Shown in pieces: positions 33,742-44,099 of a DNA stretch of 61,340 nt (position 1 is its first letter; the number at the start of each line of letters is the position of its first letter). A program made the translations under genes and the position numbers. This DNA comes from Candidatus Woesebacteria bacterium UBA5941. Its GTDB lineage: Bacteria > Patescibacteriota > Microgenomatia > UBA8517. Location of the stretch: NCBI GenBank assembly GCA_002430735.1, contig DJCV01000004.1:25747-87086 (forward strand). The letters run 5' to 3'. Under the pieces are notes generated by a model. The model did not search any database, had not been told where the DNA came from, and worked only from the letters and a program-made list of their open reading frames with translations.

Positions 33742-35955
33742 ATGCCAACGACCTTCTGCATATACGGAAAAAAAGATTCCTTTACAAGCGCACTCCTCTC
33801 TGCATTTTCATTGGTGGGAAATGCCGTCCAAGTATCGACAGTGACTGAGTTGCACGCTCATCCTGCGGCAATTGTAATTACTGTAAGTAATTTTCACGAC
33901 CATATTGCAGTTGTTGGTGGTACCGTTCAACTGCATGTAAAAACATTTGAGACTGTGGATTCATTTCCTTCACATCCATTCACCTATTATGTACACCAGA
34001 ATGCAAAAATCTCCGATGCGGCAAACGCAATCGTAAAGCGTTTCTGCGGATTCAATAGTAAACTCCCCTGCATTATTACGCCGCATCCCGAGTATGTGAA
34101 GAGTACGATTGAAACGATCCGAGTTGATACGCAGCCAGTTGTTATAACATCTACGCCAATAGCTGAAAGCTATCCGGTCACCCCTGTTCCAGCAGTTCCA
34201 CGTCACGAGCCTTCAGTATCAGTGCCGCCCGCTCGGGCTGTTGCACAACCAAAGGCCATACCACCGCGAACACGCATTCGCCGCTTTCCGAAGGTAACAG
34301 CTCGCTCTCGAAAAGTTATTGAAGCTACCATGATTTTTGGCATATGGCTGCTTAGTCTCCCCTACGTCTTGCTCCTTGTGTCAGGCAGTTGTATGGCCCT
34401 GGCAGTAAAAACAATGCCAAGTGTAAGTAGCACACTCACCACTCCACTCCTGCAATGTGCACAAGTAAGTGCGAGTACTGGTACCACAGTGTCTGCAGCA
34501 TTCACGTCAGTACCGCTTATTGGTACTATTGCGAAAACGCCGTTGTCACTCTCAAGTTTTGTATATGAAAGTGCAATTCTTGGTCAGGAAGGACACGCAA
34601 TTATTAAAGAACTGAAGACTCATCCAGAAGTAAACACGTTAGAGGCACTCGCTCCCCGTTTTGAAAAACTGTCTCGTGACATCTCTTTTTTGTCGAGTAA
34701 GTCACAGCAGATTTCAGTTATAAAGCGATTTGCTCCGCAGCTTGAAACAGTATTTGCACATGCATCATATCTCCCCATTCTCGCCGCGGTCTCACATCAA
34801 GCACCTGAACTATTTGGAAACAAAGGACCTGTAACGTATATGGTGTTATTGCAAAACAACATGGAACTTCGACCCACTGGAGGATTTATTGGGTCATTTT
34901 TGCTGGTAGACATTGATAATGGGGAAGTTGCTGCACAGAATATTTATGATGTCTACGATGCTGATGGTCAGCTTGCAGGGTATGTAAAACCACCAACGCC
35001 AATTCGAAACTATCTCGGGGAGGCCAAATGGACGATGAGGGATAGTAACTGGGATCCGGATTTTGCGACGAGCGCAGAACGGGCTGCCTGGTTTTTAGAT
35101 AAAAGTTTGAATAGGGAAGTGCATGGCGTAATTGGCGTAAACCTTGAAGTCTTGAGAACTATTATTGCCACTGTTGGGCCGATTACTGTGCCTGATTATG
35201 GTGGCACGTTAACCGCAGAGACGTTTTATCAAAAAATACAAAGCGAGGTACACAAGGAATTCTTTCCAGGTTCACGAAAAAAGTCTAACTATTTAACTGC
35301 TGTATTTAATGCCGTGCTTCATAAGTTGCAGTCAGAAGGGGAGCACCGTGCGTTATCACTTCTATCAGGATTACTGAGAAATATAGAAGCCCGAGATATT
35401 CAGCTGTACAGCAGAAACACGTCAGTACAGGCAGAACTATTAAAGGCTAACGTAGCTGGAGTTATGCCCGGGAACGCTATTGGGTTTGTCGAGGCAAACG
35501 TTGGCGTGAACAAAGCGAATCAGTTTATTGAACGGGCAGGCGAGCTTTCTATACAGAAAACAGATGAATCAATAACCGCTACCAGTGTCATTAAAATTAC
35601 CAATAAGGCGAGTTCTGTCAGTGATGAAACACGGTATCGTGTATATGCACGGGGAATAGCGCCAAAAGGGAGCACTGTTTCCGCCATGAATGTTTCCTTG
35701 GGAGGAGAAGAAACCGCTGTAATTCCAGAACTTGAAACCGTTGACGATAGGGAAGAGGCGGGAGCACTTGCGACAATCGAAGCTGGACAAACGGGAGTTA
35801 TAACAATTACCTGGGAGATTCCGTCAACTTCTGCCCTCATACTATGGAAGCAAGGTGGGGTAGAGGAATACCCGATTTCGGTGTCAGCCTTGACCAAGAA
35901 CGGGGATAGGCAGTACAATACGTCGTTCGGCAAAGATATTGTAATTCCACTATGA
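33742..35955 (+). CDS. DUF4012-domain membrane-anchored extracellular protein
   Basis: 737 aa with a mid-protein TM IFGIWLLSLPYVLLLVSGSCMALAV, then ...YMVLLQNNMELRPTGGFIGSFLLV..., the DUF4012 signature. Confidence 0.7.
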   Translation: MPTTFCIYGKKDSFTSALLSAFSLVGNAVQVSTVTELHAHPAAIVITVSNFHDHIAVVGGTVQLHVKTFETVDSFPSHPFTYYVHQNAKISDAANAIVKRFCGFNSKLPCIITPHPEYVKSTIETIRVDTQPVVITSTPIAESYPVTPVPAVPRHEPSVSVPPARAVAQPKAIPPRTRIRRFPKVTARSRKVIEATMIFGIWLLSLPYVLLLVSGSCMALAVKTMPSVSSTLTTPLLQCAQVSASTGTTVSAAFTSVPLIGTIAKTPLSLSSFVYESAILGQEGHAIIKELKTHPEVNTLEALAPRFEKLSRDISFLSSKSQQISVIKRFAPQLETVFAHASYLPILAAVSHQAPELFGNKGPVTYMVLLQNNMELRPTGGFIGSFLLVDIDNGEVAAQNIYDVYDADGQLAGYVKPPTPIRNYLGEAKWTMRDSNWDPDFATSAERAAWFLDKSLNREVHGVIGVNLEVLRTIIATVGPITVPDYGGTLTAETFYQKIQSEVHKEFFPGSRKKSNYLTAVFNAVLHKLQSEGEHRALSLLSGLLRNIEARDIQLYSRNTSVQAELLKANVAGVMPGNAIGFVEANVGVNKANQFIERAGELSIQKTDESITATSVIKITNKASSVSDETRYRVYARGIAPKGSTVSAMNVSLGGEETAVIPELETVDDREEAGALATIEAGQTGVITITWEIPSTSALILWKQGGVEEYPISVSALTKNGDRQYNTSFGKDIVIPL

Positions 35956-36620
35956 AAAAACACACTCTCAACGCTCAGCCTCGTACCTTAATTGGACGTA
36001 AAGTTAGACGTCTTCGATCAGAAGGTGTACTTCCTGGCACAATTTATGGTGCAAAGATTGAATCCATCAATGTACAAGTTTCCCGTGATGAGCTCGTTTC
36101 AACATACAAAGCAATCGGGGAGACTGGTTTGCTCGAACTTGTTTTAGATTCTAAGAAGCACCCTGTTCTTATAAGTAATGTTCAGATTCATCCAGTAACT
36201 GGGGAACCGCTTCATATCGATTTCCGTGAAGTTGATCTCACAGAAAAGGTGAAAGCTGCAGTTCCTGTTGAGTTGGTCGGTGAAAGCCCAGCTGAAAAAC
36301 AAGGAATGGGTACCGCTGTATTACTCGTAAATGAACTTGAAGTAGAAGCGCTTCCGGGAGACCTTCCTGAGAAATTTGAAATTGACGCCACCCTTTTGAC
36401 CGAAGTTGACCAGGTGGTAACTGTTGCAGAGCTTTCATACAATCGAGAAGCTGTTGAAATTCAGGCCGAAGCTGATCAAGTGCTTGCAAAAGTAGAACCT
36501 CCTCAGAAGGAAGAAGTTATTGAAGAACCAGTAGCAGCTGAAGGTGAAACAACTGATGCAGCTGCCGCTACAGGAGCTGATTCAGCGAGTGAAGCTTCTG
36601 ATGAAAAGAAAGAAGAATAA
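35952..36620 (+). CDS. rplY: 50S ribosomal protein L25/Ctc form with acidic C-terminal tail
   Basis: LNAQPRTLIGRKVRRLRSEGVLPGTIYG...HPVTGEPLHIDF. C-terminus is E/A/D-rich. Confidence 0.85.
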   Translation: MKKHTLNAQPRTLIGRKVRRLRSEGVLPGTIYGAKIESINVQVSRDELVSTYKAIGETGLLELVLDSKKHPVLISNVQIHPVTGEPLHIDFREVDLTEKVKAAVPVELVGESPAEKQGMGTAVLLVNELEVEALPGDLPEKFEIDATLLTEVDQVVTVAELSYNREAVEIQAEADQVLAKVEPPQKEEVIEEPVAAEGETTDAAAATGADSASEASDEKKEE

Positions 36621-36814
36621 TCGCCGCTCCTCCCTTTCTCCCTCACTTCTTCCTTGAATAGTTCCCCACGCTCAACATACCAGGTATTGAATAGCACTTG
36701 CCTAGGTGACTTAGGCTCGTGGACTCACCGTTGGAAGCATGTTTTTACTCGCAAAGGACGGCAAGAAGCACGAAGACGAGAAAACGCACCAGGATAAGAC
36801 AGTCGAAGTGAGGG

Positions 36815-39013
36815 TTATTTAACTGGCCAAGAAGCCGTGATCAGGAGTGGCGTCTTCTTGTCAGACAGTTGCTGGTATGAAGCTTCTGTCACGTAGGGGG
36901 CAAACGGGTGCAGAAGATTCAAAAACGTGTGGAGTGCTCTGGTAAGAGTCTTAGTCGTAATTTCTCCTTTTTTATGCATTTCAATCACTTGGTCACAATA
37001 CCATCTCCAAAACTCCTGGTACAGGTATTCAGCGGCTAGGCCTAATTTCAGTGAGTCAAGCATTTTAGTTGCAGTATCTACGATTTCGCTAATGTGGGTC
37101 AATACTTCCTCATCCCGAAGCTTACTTGCTAATACTGGTTCCTCTTTTGATCCTTCTACGACATAGCGAGTGGCATTCCAGATCTTGTTGCTAAAATTCC
37201 TCATTCCCCTCACCTTGCTCTCTCCAACATTATTGTCAGTGCCTGGAGTAGTACTCATGACGAGTGCCATACGGAGTGCATCTGAACCATACTTCTCAAC
37301 CAAATCAATTGGATTTATTACATTGCCGACCGATTTACTCATCTTCCGGCCCTGCTCGTCTCTAATCAACCCATGGAAGTACACGTCAGTAAACGGAACT
37401 TCGTTAGTTAAATACAGCCCAAGCATCAGCATTCGCATTACCCAAAATGGAAGAATGTCGTATGCTGTCTCCATCACAGAGGTCGGATAAAAGTACTCAA
37501 AATCCCCTTCTCTTACCTTCAATGTGACAACTGGCCATTGTCCTGATGAGAACCAGGTGTCAAAGGTATCCGTTTCTTGGATATAGCCGTCTCCTGGGTT
37601 GTTTTGTGAGATCACAAAGGTGCTGTCATTCGGAGCGATTAATGATTGTAGGCCTTTTGTAATTTCAGAGAGGGGATAGTGATTGAGTAGTTCTCCGAGT
37701 TCCCCTCGAACCTTTTCGCCACTTTCAGATAAAAATGTCACTGAGATGTTAGGGTTTTTTGCAACCTCATACCAGACGGGGATTCGAATTCCCCACACAA
37801 TTTGACGGCTTACATTCCAGTCACGGAGATTTTTAAGCCAGTTAACCAGTATTTTTTCTCGACCTGTTCCGTGAATCTTTACCTGTTTGTTTTTAATAGC
37901 AAGAAGAGCCGGCTCGGTAAGCGGTTTCACCGAAATGAAGAACTGGGGCAAGGGGAGTGGTTCTATCACGCTGTGACATCGGTAGCATGTTGCAATTCGG
38001 TGCGAATATTTCTCATCCACTTTTTCGATAAAGCCATTAGTAGTCAAAAACGCAACGATTTGCTTGCGCGCTTCAAGCACTCGAAGACCGGCAAATTGGC
38101 CCGCTTTGTCTGTCAGTTTTCCTTGCATTGTAATTGCCACATTTCGAGGGAGATTGTGCTTTTCAGCAACTGCCCAATCATTTGCATCATGTGCTGGAGT
38201 GAGCTTTACGACACCAGTCCCAAACGCCGGATCTACAAATTCGTCTGCAATAATCGGCATTTCAGCGCCGGTCAGGGGATTTAAGACAGTAACACCAACT
38301 AGGTGTTTACGCTTTTTGTCCTTCGGGTTAACGGCGAGGTGAGTATCTGCAAACAGAGGTTCAGGTCTCACTGTCGCAACTGTGACAAATTCAGAAGGGG
38401 AGTCCTTGATTGGATATTTTACGTAGTACAGTGGATCAATTCGCTCTTCATACTCAACTTCGAGTTCAGAGTATCCGGTGCCACACTTTACACAATAGTT
38501 TACAAGCTTTTCTGCTCGGTATACGAGGTTGTCTTTATGGAGTCTTTCAAAGGTGTTGTATACAAACGTCACGACGTTCGGATCAAGTGTAAAGGTAAAC
38601 CGATCCCAGTCAGCAGATGCCCCCAGTCGTTTCATTTGTGCAACAGCAACCCCTGAGTTGTCCTGTACATATTCCCATATCTTCGCAAACAACGTTTCTC
38701 TGTCAAAATCAAATCGGCTCTTCCCATCCTTCGCAAGCTTTTTTTCAAAAACGAATTGGGTCTCAATACCAGCATGGTCTGTTCCAGGAAGCCAGAGAGC
38801 CGCATCACCTTTCATTCGATGGTATCTAATAAGAATATCTTCAACGCTTACAAACATTGCGTGACCCACATGCAAGGGGTCGTTTGCATTTGGGGGAGGC
38901 ATGATAATGGTAAACGGCTTTTTGTTAGGGTCCTTTTCTGGAGTAAATGACTTGCTCTCTTCCCATTTCTGATAGATATCTGTTTCATGAGCCTGGTTGT
39001 ATGCCTTTTCCAT
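36815..39013 (-). CDS. valS: Valine--tRNA ligase (short form, no C-terminal coiled-coil)
   Basis: PPPNANDPLHVGHAMF (HIGH), WLPGTDHAGIETQ, GRKMSKSVGNVI (KMSKS). The ATG at 39013 (MEKAYNQAHETDIYQKWEE) is preferred to the tracked start at 39064. Confidence 0.9.
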   Translation of the reverse strand: MEKAYNQAHETDIYQKWEESKSFTPEKDPNKKPFTIIMPPPNANDPLHVGHAMFVSVEDILIRYHRMKGDAALWLPGTDHAGIETQFVFEKKLAKDGKSRFDFDRETLFAKIWEYVQDNSGVAVAQMKRLGASADWDRFTFTLDPNVVTFVYNTFERLHKDNLVYRAEKLVNYCVKCGTGYSELEVEYEERIDPLYYVKYPIKDSPSEFVTVATVRPEPLFADTHLAVNPKDKKRKHLVGVTVLNPLTGAEMPIIADEFVDPAFGTGVVKLTPAHDANDWAVAEKHNLPRNVAITMQGKLTDKAGQFAGLRVLEARKQIVAFLTTNGFIEKVDEKYSHRIATCYRCHSVIEPLPLPQFFISVKPLTEPALLAIKNKQVKIHGTGREKILVNWLKNLRDWNVSRQIVWGIRIPVWYEVAKNPNISVTFLSESGEKVRGELGELLNHYPLSEITKGLQSLIAPNDSTFVISQNNPGDGYIQETDTFDTWFSSGQWPVVTLKVREGDFEYFYPTSVMETAYDILPFWVMRMLMLGLYLTNEVPFTDVYFHGLIRDEQGRKMSKSVGNVINPIDLVEKYGSDALRMALVMSTTPGTDNNVGESKVRGMRNFSNKIWNATRYVVEGSKEEPVLASKLRDEEVLTHISEIVDTATKMLDSLKLGLAAEYLYQEFWRWYCDQVIEMHKKGEITTKTLTRALHTFLNLLHPFAPYVTEASYQQLSDKKTPLLITASWPVK

Positions 39014-39066
39014 TTGAGCCCAATTATACAAGAAAAAACCAGCACGAGCGACTCGTGCTGGCATGC

Positions 39067-39540
39067 TTAGGTTGTTTTCAAGAGATCTACTTGAGCGTAG
39101 TCTCCGAAATTAAATCGCAATAACCCAACTGTTACTCCAAATAAAACGGTAAGTAACACGATTGGATAGATATCAATTACTGAAACTGACAGTAGTGAAA
39201 TGATTACGAGCGACATAAGATGCCTGTCTGCCAGGACACGTGCGCGAGATTTCGCGTCATTCTCCGATATCCTCATCACATGTAAATCGCTCACAACCAG
39301 ATATGCACTCTGTTGGCTAATAAGCATCACAACAACAAGGCCCATCATTGCAATAAGCGCGACGATCATTGAGTCAGGTTCTTGTCGGACAAAAAAGATA
39401 GTGCTTGGCAGAATGATTGTGATGTTTAAAACCCCGCTTCCTATTGCGCCCCTGTGGGGATTTATTTTCATAAATACTCCAACAACAAAAGCGCAGAGAA
39501 GAAACATGACACTAAGAACCCAATAGTCAGACGTGTACAT
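39067..39540 (-). CDS. Hypothetical integral membrane protein (about 5 TM)
   Basis: 157 aa, hydrophobic throughout. Lies 2 nt upstream of the tracked valS ORF on the same strand. Confidence 0.5.
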   Translation of the reverse strand: MYTSDYWVLSVMFLLCAFVVGVFMKINPHRGAIGSGVLNITIILPSTIFFVRQEPDSMIVALIAMMGLVVVMLISQQSAYLVVSDLHVMRISENDAKSRARVLADRHLMSLVIISLLSVSVIDIYPIVLLTVLFGVTVGLLRFNFGDYAQVDLLKTT

Positions 39541-39599
39541 TTCAAATCTCCTGTATTACGAACAATCTGAAAATTGAGAAGAAGTATAAAGTACTTGTT

Positions 39600-40655
39600 T
39601 TATTCTGCAAAGTGCAATTCAGGGTTTGGTGCGACAGTTTCTATTTGGCTATTTGCTCGATTGAAAAATGCAAAACTGCCAATCATTGCAGCATTATCAG
39701 TTGTATATTTTAAGAGAGGGACGTGAACCGATATATTGTTCGCTTCAAATAATTGAAGTGCTTTTAAGCTCATTTTGAGGCGGGCATTCCCCGAAACCCC
39801 ACCACAAATGACTACACTTTTGGGGTTGTACCTGTCAACTACTTTGACGGTTTTATTAATTAAACTGTCGATAATTGCCTCTTGTAATTCTGCAGCAAGT
39901 TGTTCTTGCGAATACATATTATCGGTTTTATTTTTCTCAACAATTCGATGCACTGCCGTTTTTAATCCTGAGAAACTCACATCAAAAGTATCATCATGAA
40001 TCATTGGCCGGGGAAATAAATTAAGTTTTGCATGAGGATTTTCTTGCAAATAAAGATCTGCAGATTTTGATATTGCCGGCCCACCTGGATATCCAAGTCC
40101 CAGTAGTCGAGCACTCTTATCAAATGCTTCACCCGCTGCATCATCTCTCGTTCCGCCAATCCAATTGTATGTGTTGTGATCTTTCATAAATATGAAATCC
40201 GTATGTCCTCCTGAAACGACTAGTGCAATTAACGGAAATTGCGGATGCGGTTCAGTTAGAAACGTTGCATAGATATGTGCCTTGACGTGGTTTACTGGAA
40301 TAAGCGGTTTCTGATAGAAGGTCGCAAGTGTCTTTGCAGTCTCGACTCCGACGAGCAATGAACCAATAAGTCCCGGGCCTACGGTTACTGCGATCGCATC
40401 AATGTGCTCCATACATTCTTTCATCCACACCTTTGTATTTGCGTCACCTTTTTCTTGTATTACAGAGAGTGCTTTCTCCAAAGTGGGGAGAATATATTCG
40501 ATTTGTTTGCGAGCAGCGTTCTCAGGAATAATACCTCCTGTTGCTGTGTGTATGTCCATAGAACTCGCAGTGATACAGGTTAGAACTTCAGTTCCATCTG
40601 TAACGATTGCAACAGAGGTTTCGTCACAGCTCGTTTCTATTGCGAGAATATTCAT
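39600..40655 (-). CDS. tsaD: tRNA N6-adenosine threonylcarbamoyltransferase TsaD (Kae1/Gcp family)
   Basis: MNILAIETSCDETSVAIV...VGPGLIGSLLVG...HVKAHIY...VVSGGHT...GYPGGP. Confidence 0.9.
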   Translation of the reverse strand: MNILAIETSCDETSVAIVTDGTEVLTCITASSMDIHTATGGIIPENAARKQIEYILPTLEKALSVIQEKGDANTKVWMKECMEHIDAIAVTVGPGLIGSLLVGVETAKTLATFYQKPLIPVNHVKAHIYATFLTEPHPQFPLIALVVSGGHTDFIFMKDHNTYNWIGGTRDDAAGEAFDKSARLLGLGYPGGPAISKSADLYLQENPHAKLNLFPRPMIHDDTFDVSFSGLKTAVHRIVEKNKTDNMYSQEQLAAELQEAIIDSLINKTVKVVDRYNPKSVVICGGVSGNARLKMSLKALQLFEANNISVHVPLLKYTTDNAAMIGSFAFFNRANSQIETVAPNPELHFAE

Positions 40656-40661
40656 AGTGCT

Positions 40662-42434
40662 TTATTGTGCAGGTCCTGTCCCTTTCATGTAGACAGCTCT
40701 CCATGGCTGATACGTACTCACAAAGTTTTTCTGATAAATGACAGCGCCATCGCGCTCGACCGAATAATTGAAACTCACCTTTGCTCCCCATGCTTTATGT
40801 TCCACTTGGGTAACTCGGCCGGTAGGGAGCGTTGGATCATCAACATACAAATCTTCCTCAGGTGCAATTTGATTTGTCACGATAGGTTTTGTGAGCGTTA
40901 CTTTTCTTCCGTCACTGGTCCCGTATAAGCTAAATTCTGCAGTTAAATTTTTGGTATCTACTTTTGTTTGGATGAGAATGTAATTGCCAGTGTCGTTTGT
41001 AAATTTGAAATCAGTTGTGGGGGAATAGATAGTGGCATCAAGACCAGGGTCAAAGCCTTGCTCGTAATATCCAACTCGATACGCATGGGCGCGTCGTTCC
41101 GTAATTGGAAGCCCTGCATTGAGTACCGCTCTAAAGAGAGTTGTTGATACCTGACACACTCCACCTCCGTCTCCTAACACTGTTTTGCCATCTTTGATGA
41201 CATACGCTTCTTTATATCCCGTGTATTTTGAAATATCCCCGAGTGACTCATTAAATGAAAACACTTTTCCAGGTGGGATTAGCACACCATTTATTCGTGA
41301 TGCCGCAAGTGAGACATTATGAATACGAGAAGGGATTGATCCTTTAAAATTAGAAGTTCCTTTTCCAATTAACTCAGTAATACCAAGATTGTTTACATCA
41401 GAGATCTCAGTTTTAGGATCTGCTTTTGAGTGAGGGATTTCGTACGATGTTTGTTCATCATCTTTTTCAAGCAACGACACAGAATAGATAAGTCCTTTGA
41501 AGAGTAATTCCTTATCAATTTTAATGCCTGGGTTTCCCGGCGAAAATTCGACAACTCGATTTCCTTCAAATTTGAAGACTGGCTCTGTAACCTCTTTTTC
41601 ATACTGTTCCGTTAGCCCGTCGGTAAGTAATCGAACCTTCTCTTGGTCATATCCGCCATTCGGCTTGAGTAGTGTCACTAATTTATCTATCTTGAGCGTT
41701 TGTACGACTTTACTTTCTATAGTGAGTTGAATGCTCTTTGGAAGGAGCACTGTCGCTCTTTCAATTGCAGTTTGAATTTCGCTTTCGGTAAGGACAGGAT
41801 TAACGACTTTTGTATTCATTGTGAGTGCGCTGTGTCCTGCTACAAGCGCTTCCATAATCGCGCTTCGTACATACTCAAGTGGAAGTTCATCTCCGGGTTT
41901 CCCATTTTCGATTGTGATTGCACCATTTTTTAAAATGAAGCGCGGATACACCGGTTCTTGGTCGATTATTTCTGGAAGTGTATCGATAAAATGAGTAAGG
42001 AGGGATTCATTGTATGTAACAGGGATAGAAAACTTCGAAGGTTTTTTGACTAATAATGAAACCGTCTCAATATCCTTCAATAAGTTACCTGACCTACCGA
42101 CATCGTAGGCTTTTTGGATACTTTCCTCGTACTGGTATGCGGCTTCAATGTTTTTAGTTTCAAGGAGTGCTGTCTTTGAGCCGGTGCTCGTATTAATAGT
42201 AATGGTAATGCTTGAAGGGAGTGTGTATGTGTTGGTGATAAGTGCCTGCGCTTCAGCTTTATGTTTACCGCCCACAGGTGTATCTTGAATAAAGATCCCC
42301 GGATAAATTCTTAAATAATAGTTTAGAATAATAAGAGCAATAACAAGCGGGGGGATTAATACAAAGAAGAGTAATAAAAAGGCCGCAAAAAAGGTGTTTT
42401 TATGCACCTTGATAAACTTTTTATTTTTCGCCAT
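40662..42434 (-). CDS. VanW-family protein with N-terminal membrane anchor
   Basis: TM FFAAFLLLFFVLIPPLVIALIIL. The C-terminal half reads ...GDGGGVCQVSTTLFRAVLNAGLPITERRAHAYRVGYY, the VanW signature. Confidence 0.8.
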   Translation of the reverse strand: MAKNKKFIKVHKNTFFAAFLLLFFVLIPPLVIALIILNYYLRIYPGIFIQDTPVGGKHKAEAQALITNTYTLPSSITITINTSTGSKTALLETKNIEAAYQYEESIQKAYDVGRSGNLLKDIETVSLLVKKPSKFSIPVTYNESLLTHFIDTLPEIIDQEPVYPRFILKNGAITIENGKPGDELPLEYVRSAIMEALVAGHSALTMNTKVVNPVLTESEIQTAIERATVLLPKSIQLTIESKVVQTLKIDKLVTLLKPNGGYDQEKVRLLTDGLTEQYEKEVTEPVFKFEGNRVVEFSPGNPGIKIDKELLFKGLIYSVSLLEKDDEQTSYEIPHSKADPKTEISDVNNLGITELIGKGTSNFKGSIPSRIHNVSLAASRINGVLIPPGKVFSFNESLGDISKYTGYKEAYVIKDGKTVLGDGGGVCQVSTTLFRAVLNAGLPITERRAHAYRVGYYEQGFDPGLDATIYSPTTDFKFTNDTGNYILIQTKVDTKNLTAEFSLYGTSDGRKVTLTKPIVTNQIAPEEDLYVDDPTLPTGRVTQVEHKAWGAKVSFNYSVERDGAVIYQKNFVSTYQPWRAVYMKGTGPAQ

Positions 42435-42473
42435 ACTGGGCTATAATACCAAATTTTATTGTAATTCTTATTT

Positions 42474-44096
42474 ATGAATTCAAACGACAATTCTTCATCA
42501 CCACAAAGTCCGTTTTCAGCTGGCTATAATAACGCCGGAGTTGATATTCCGCCAGCACCTCAAGCACCTCATCCTGTTGAGCAGCCAGTTGCACCTCAGA
42601 CACCGATAAATGCTCCTGTTGAACCAGTTACCACCGCTCCAGCACCAGAGCCAGTTGCACCTACTACTACTACGCAACCAACAACACCGCCACCTCCGCC
42701 GCCAACGTCTGTTGGAACCACTCCACCATCTGTCGTTGCTCCTCAATCCGGAGGAAAGATCCCAAAAAAGCCAATACTGATTGCGGTCGTACTACTATTC
42801 TTAGCACTTGGTGGATTTTCCTTTATACAGTTTATTCTCCCTCGACTGCAAGGTGGGCTTTCGAATCAGCAAAAAACGATTACATGGTGGGGGTTGTGGG
42901 AGGAGCCAGCTACGGTTCAACCGCTTATTGATGAGTATCAATCAACGCATCCGAACATTGTGGTGAAATATGAAAAAGTGGCCAAAGAACAATATCGAGA
43001 GCGATTGGCAAATGCTGTTGCAGGAGATAATGGTCCAGACATTATGAATATTCATAACAGCTGGATTCCGATGTTTAAGTCTGCTTTATCACCAATGCCA
43101 AGCAGCGTGTTTTCACCGCAAGAATATCAACAGACGTTTTATTCAGTTATGACTGCTGATTTATCCTCTGGTGCAAACATTGTTGCAATTCCTCAAGGTT
43201 TTGATGGATTAGGTCTCTATGTAAACGATGAAATTTTCTCAACATATGGAAAAGAAGTTCCAAAGACCTGGAATGACGTCCGTGACGCTGCCATTGAATT
43301 AACAGTGAGAGACGAAAAGGGGATTGTAAAACAGTCAGGAATTGCAATGGGATCTACGAAGAACGTTGATCACTGGCAAGAAATACTTGCGCTCTTAATT
43401 TTACAAAACGGTGCAAAACTTGAAAATCCGACAGGACCTCTCGCAGAAGGAGCGTTAAGCTTTTTCACAATCTTTTCCAAAACGGATAAAGTGTGGGATG
43501 ATACGCTTCCGAATTCTACAACAATGTTTGCAAATGGCAAGCTTGCGATGATGATTGCTCCATCATGGAGGGCACATGAAATTCTAGAAATAAACCCCAC
43601 ATTGAAGTTCCATGTAATTGCACCACCTCAGCTTCCTAAGAATAGTCCTGAAGAGCCAGATCTGACCTATGCTACCTATTGGGCAAATGCAGTTTCAGCA
43701 AAAAGCGCACATGAATCAGAATCATGGGAGTTTCTAAAATTTATGTCTTCTAAGGAGAGTACTCAAAAGTTATATGACAACGCGACAAAACTGCGTGCAT
43801 TTGGGCAACCATATGCTCGTGTTGATATGAGAGAACAGGTTTCAGGCGATCCAAAAGTTGGTGGATTTTTGTCATTGGCTGGAAATGCAAAAAGTTGGTA
43901 TTTAGCGTCACGAACCTTTGATGGAGAGACAGGAATTAACAGCAGAATTGGGAAATACTTTGAGAACGCAGTTAACCAAGTCAGCGGATCAAGTAACGAT
44001 AATCCAAAGAACGCGTTGGCAACCGTTGCTCAAGGAGTCTTGCAGGTACTCGTTGATTACGGATTGGCAGCAGCCCCACCTCCTGTTAAAAACTAA
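42474..44096 (+). CDS. Extracellular solute-binding protein (ABC family 1 type), membrane-anchored, with Pro-rich N-region; no cognate permease or ATPase genes adjacent
   Basis: Pro/Thr-rich N-terminus, TM ILIAVVLLFLALGGFSFIQFIL, then ITWWGLWEEPATVQPLIDEYQSTHPNIVVKYEKV...LAMMIAPSW. Confidence 0.7.
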   Translation: MNSNDNSSSPQSPFSAGYNNAGVDIPPAPQAPHPVEQPVAPQTPINAPVEPVTTAPAPEPVAPTTTTQPTTPPPPPPTSVGTTPPSVVAPQSGGKIPKKPILIAVVLLFLALGGFSFIQFILPRLQGGLSNQQKTITWWGLWEEPATVQPLIDEYQSTHPNIVVKYEKVAKEQYRERLANAVAGDNGPDIMNIHNSWIPMFKSALSPMPSSVFSPQEYQQTFYSVMTADLSSGANIVAIPQGFDGLGLYVNDEIFSTYGKEVPKTWNDVRDAAIELTVRDEKGIVKQSGIAMGSTKNVDHWQEILALLILQNGAKLENPTGPLAEGALSFFTIFSKTDKVWDDTLPNSTTMFANGKLAMMIAPSWRAHEILEINPTLKFHVIAPPQLPKNSPEEPDLTYATYWANAVSAKSAHESESWEFLKFMSSKESTQKLYDNATKLRAFGQPYARVDMREQVSGDPKVGGFLSLAGNAKSWYLASRTFDGETGINSRIGKYFENAVNQVSGSSNDNPKNALATVAQGVLQVLVDYGLAAAPPPVKN

Positions 44097-44099
44097 CGC

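Noticed and set aside
36755-36790. SRP-RNA-like motif AAGGACGGCAAGAAGCAC, reminiscent of the 4.5S helix-8 sequence AGGUCCGGAAGGAAGCAGC
   Set aside because: I could not build the required helix. There is no GNRA tetraloop closed by a C-G pair, and the flanking strands do not pair in the SRP pattern. It is kept only as part of the low-interest spacer finding.
37170-38864. Series of 60-160-aa plus-strand ORFs
   Set aside because: All lie antisense within valS, which has unambiguous HIGH and KMSKS motifs. None has a recognisable motif.
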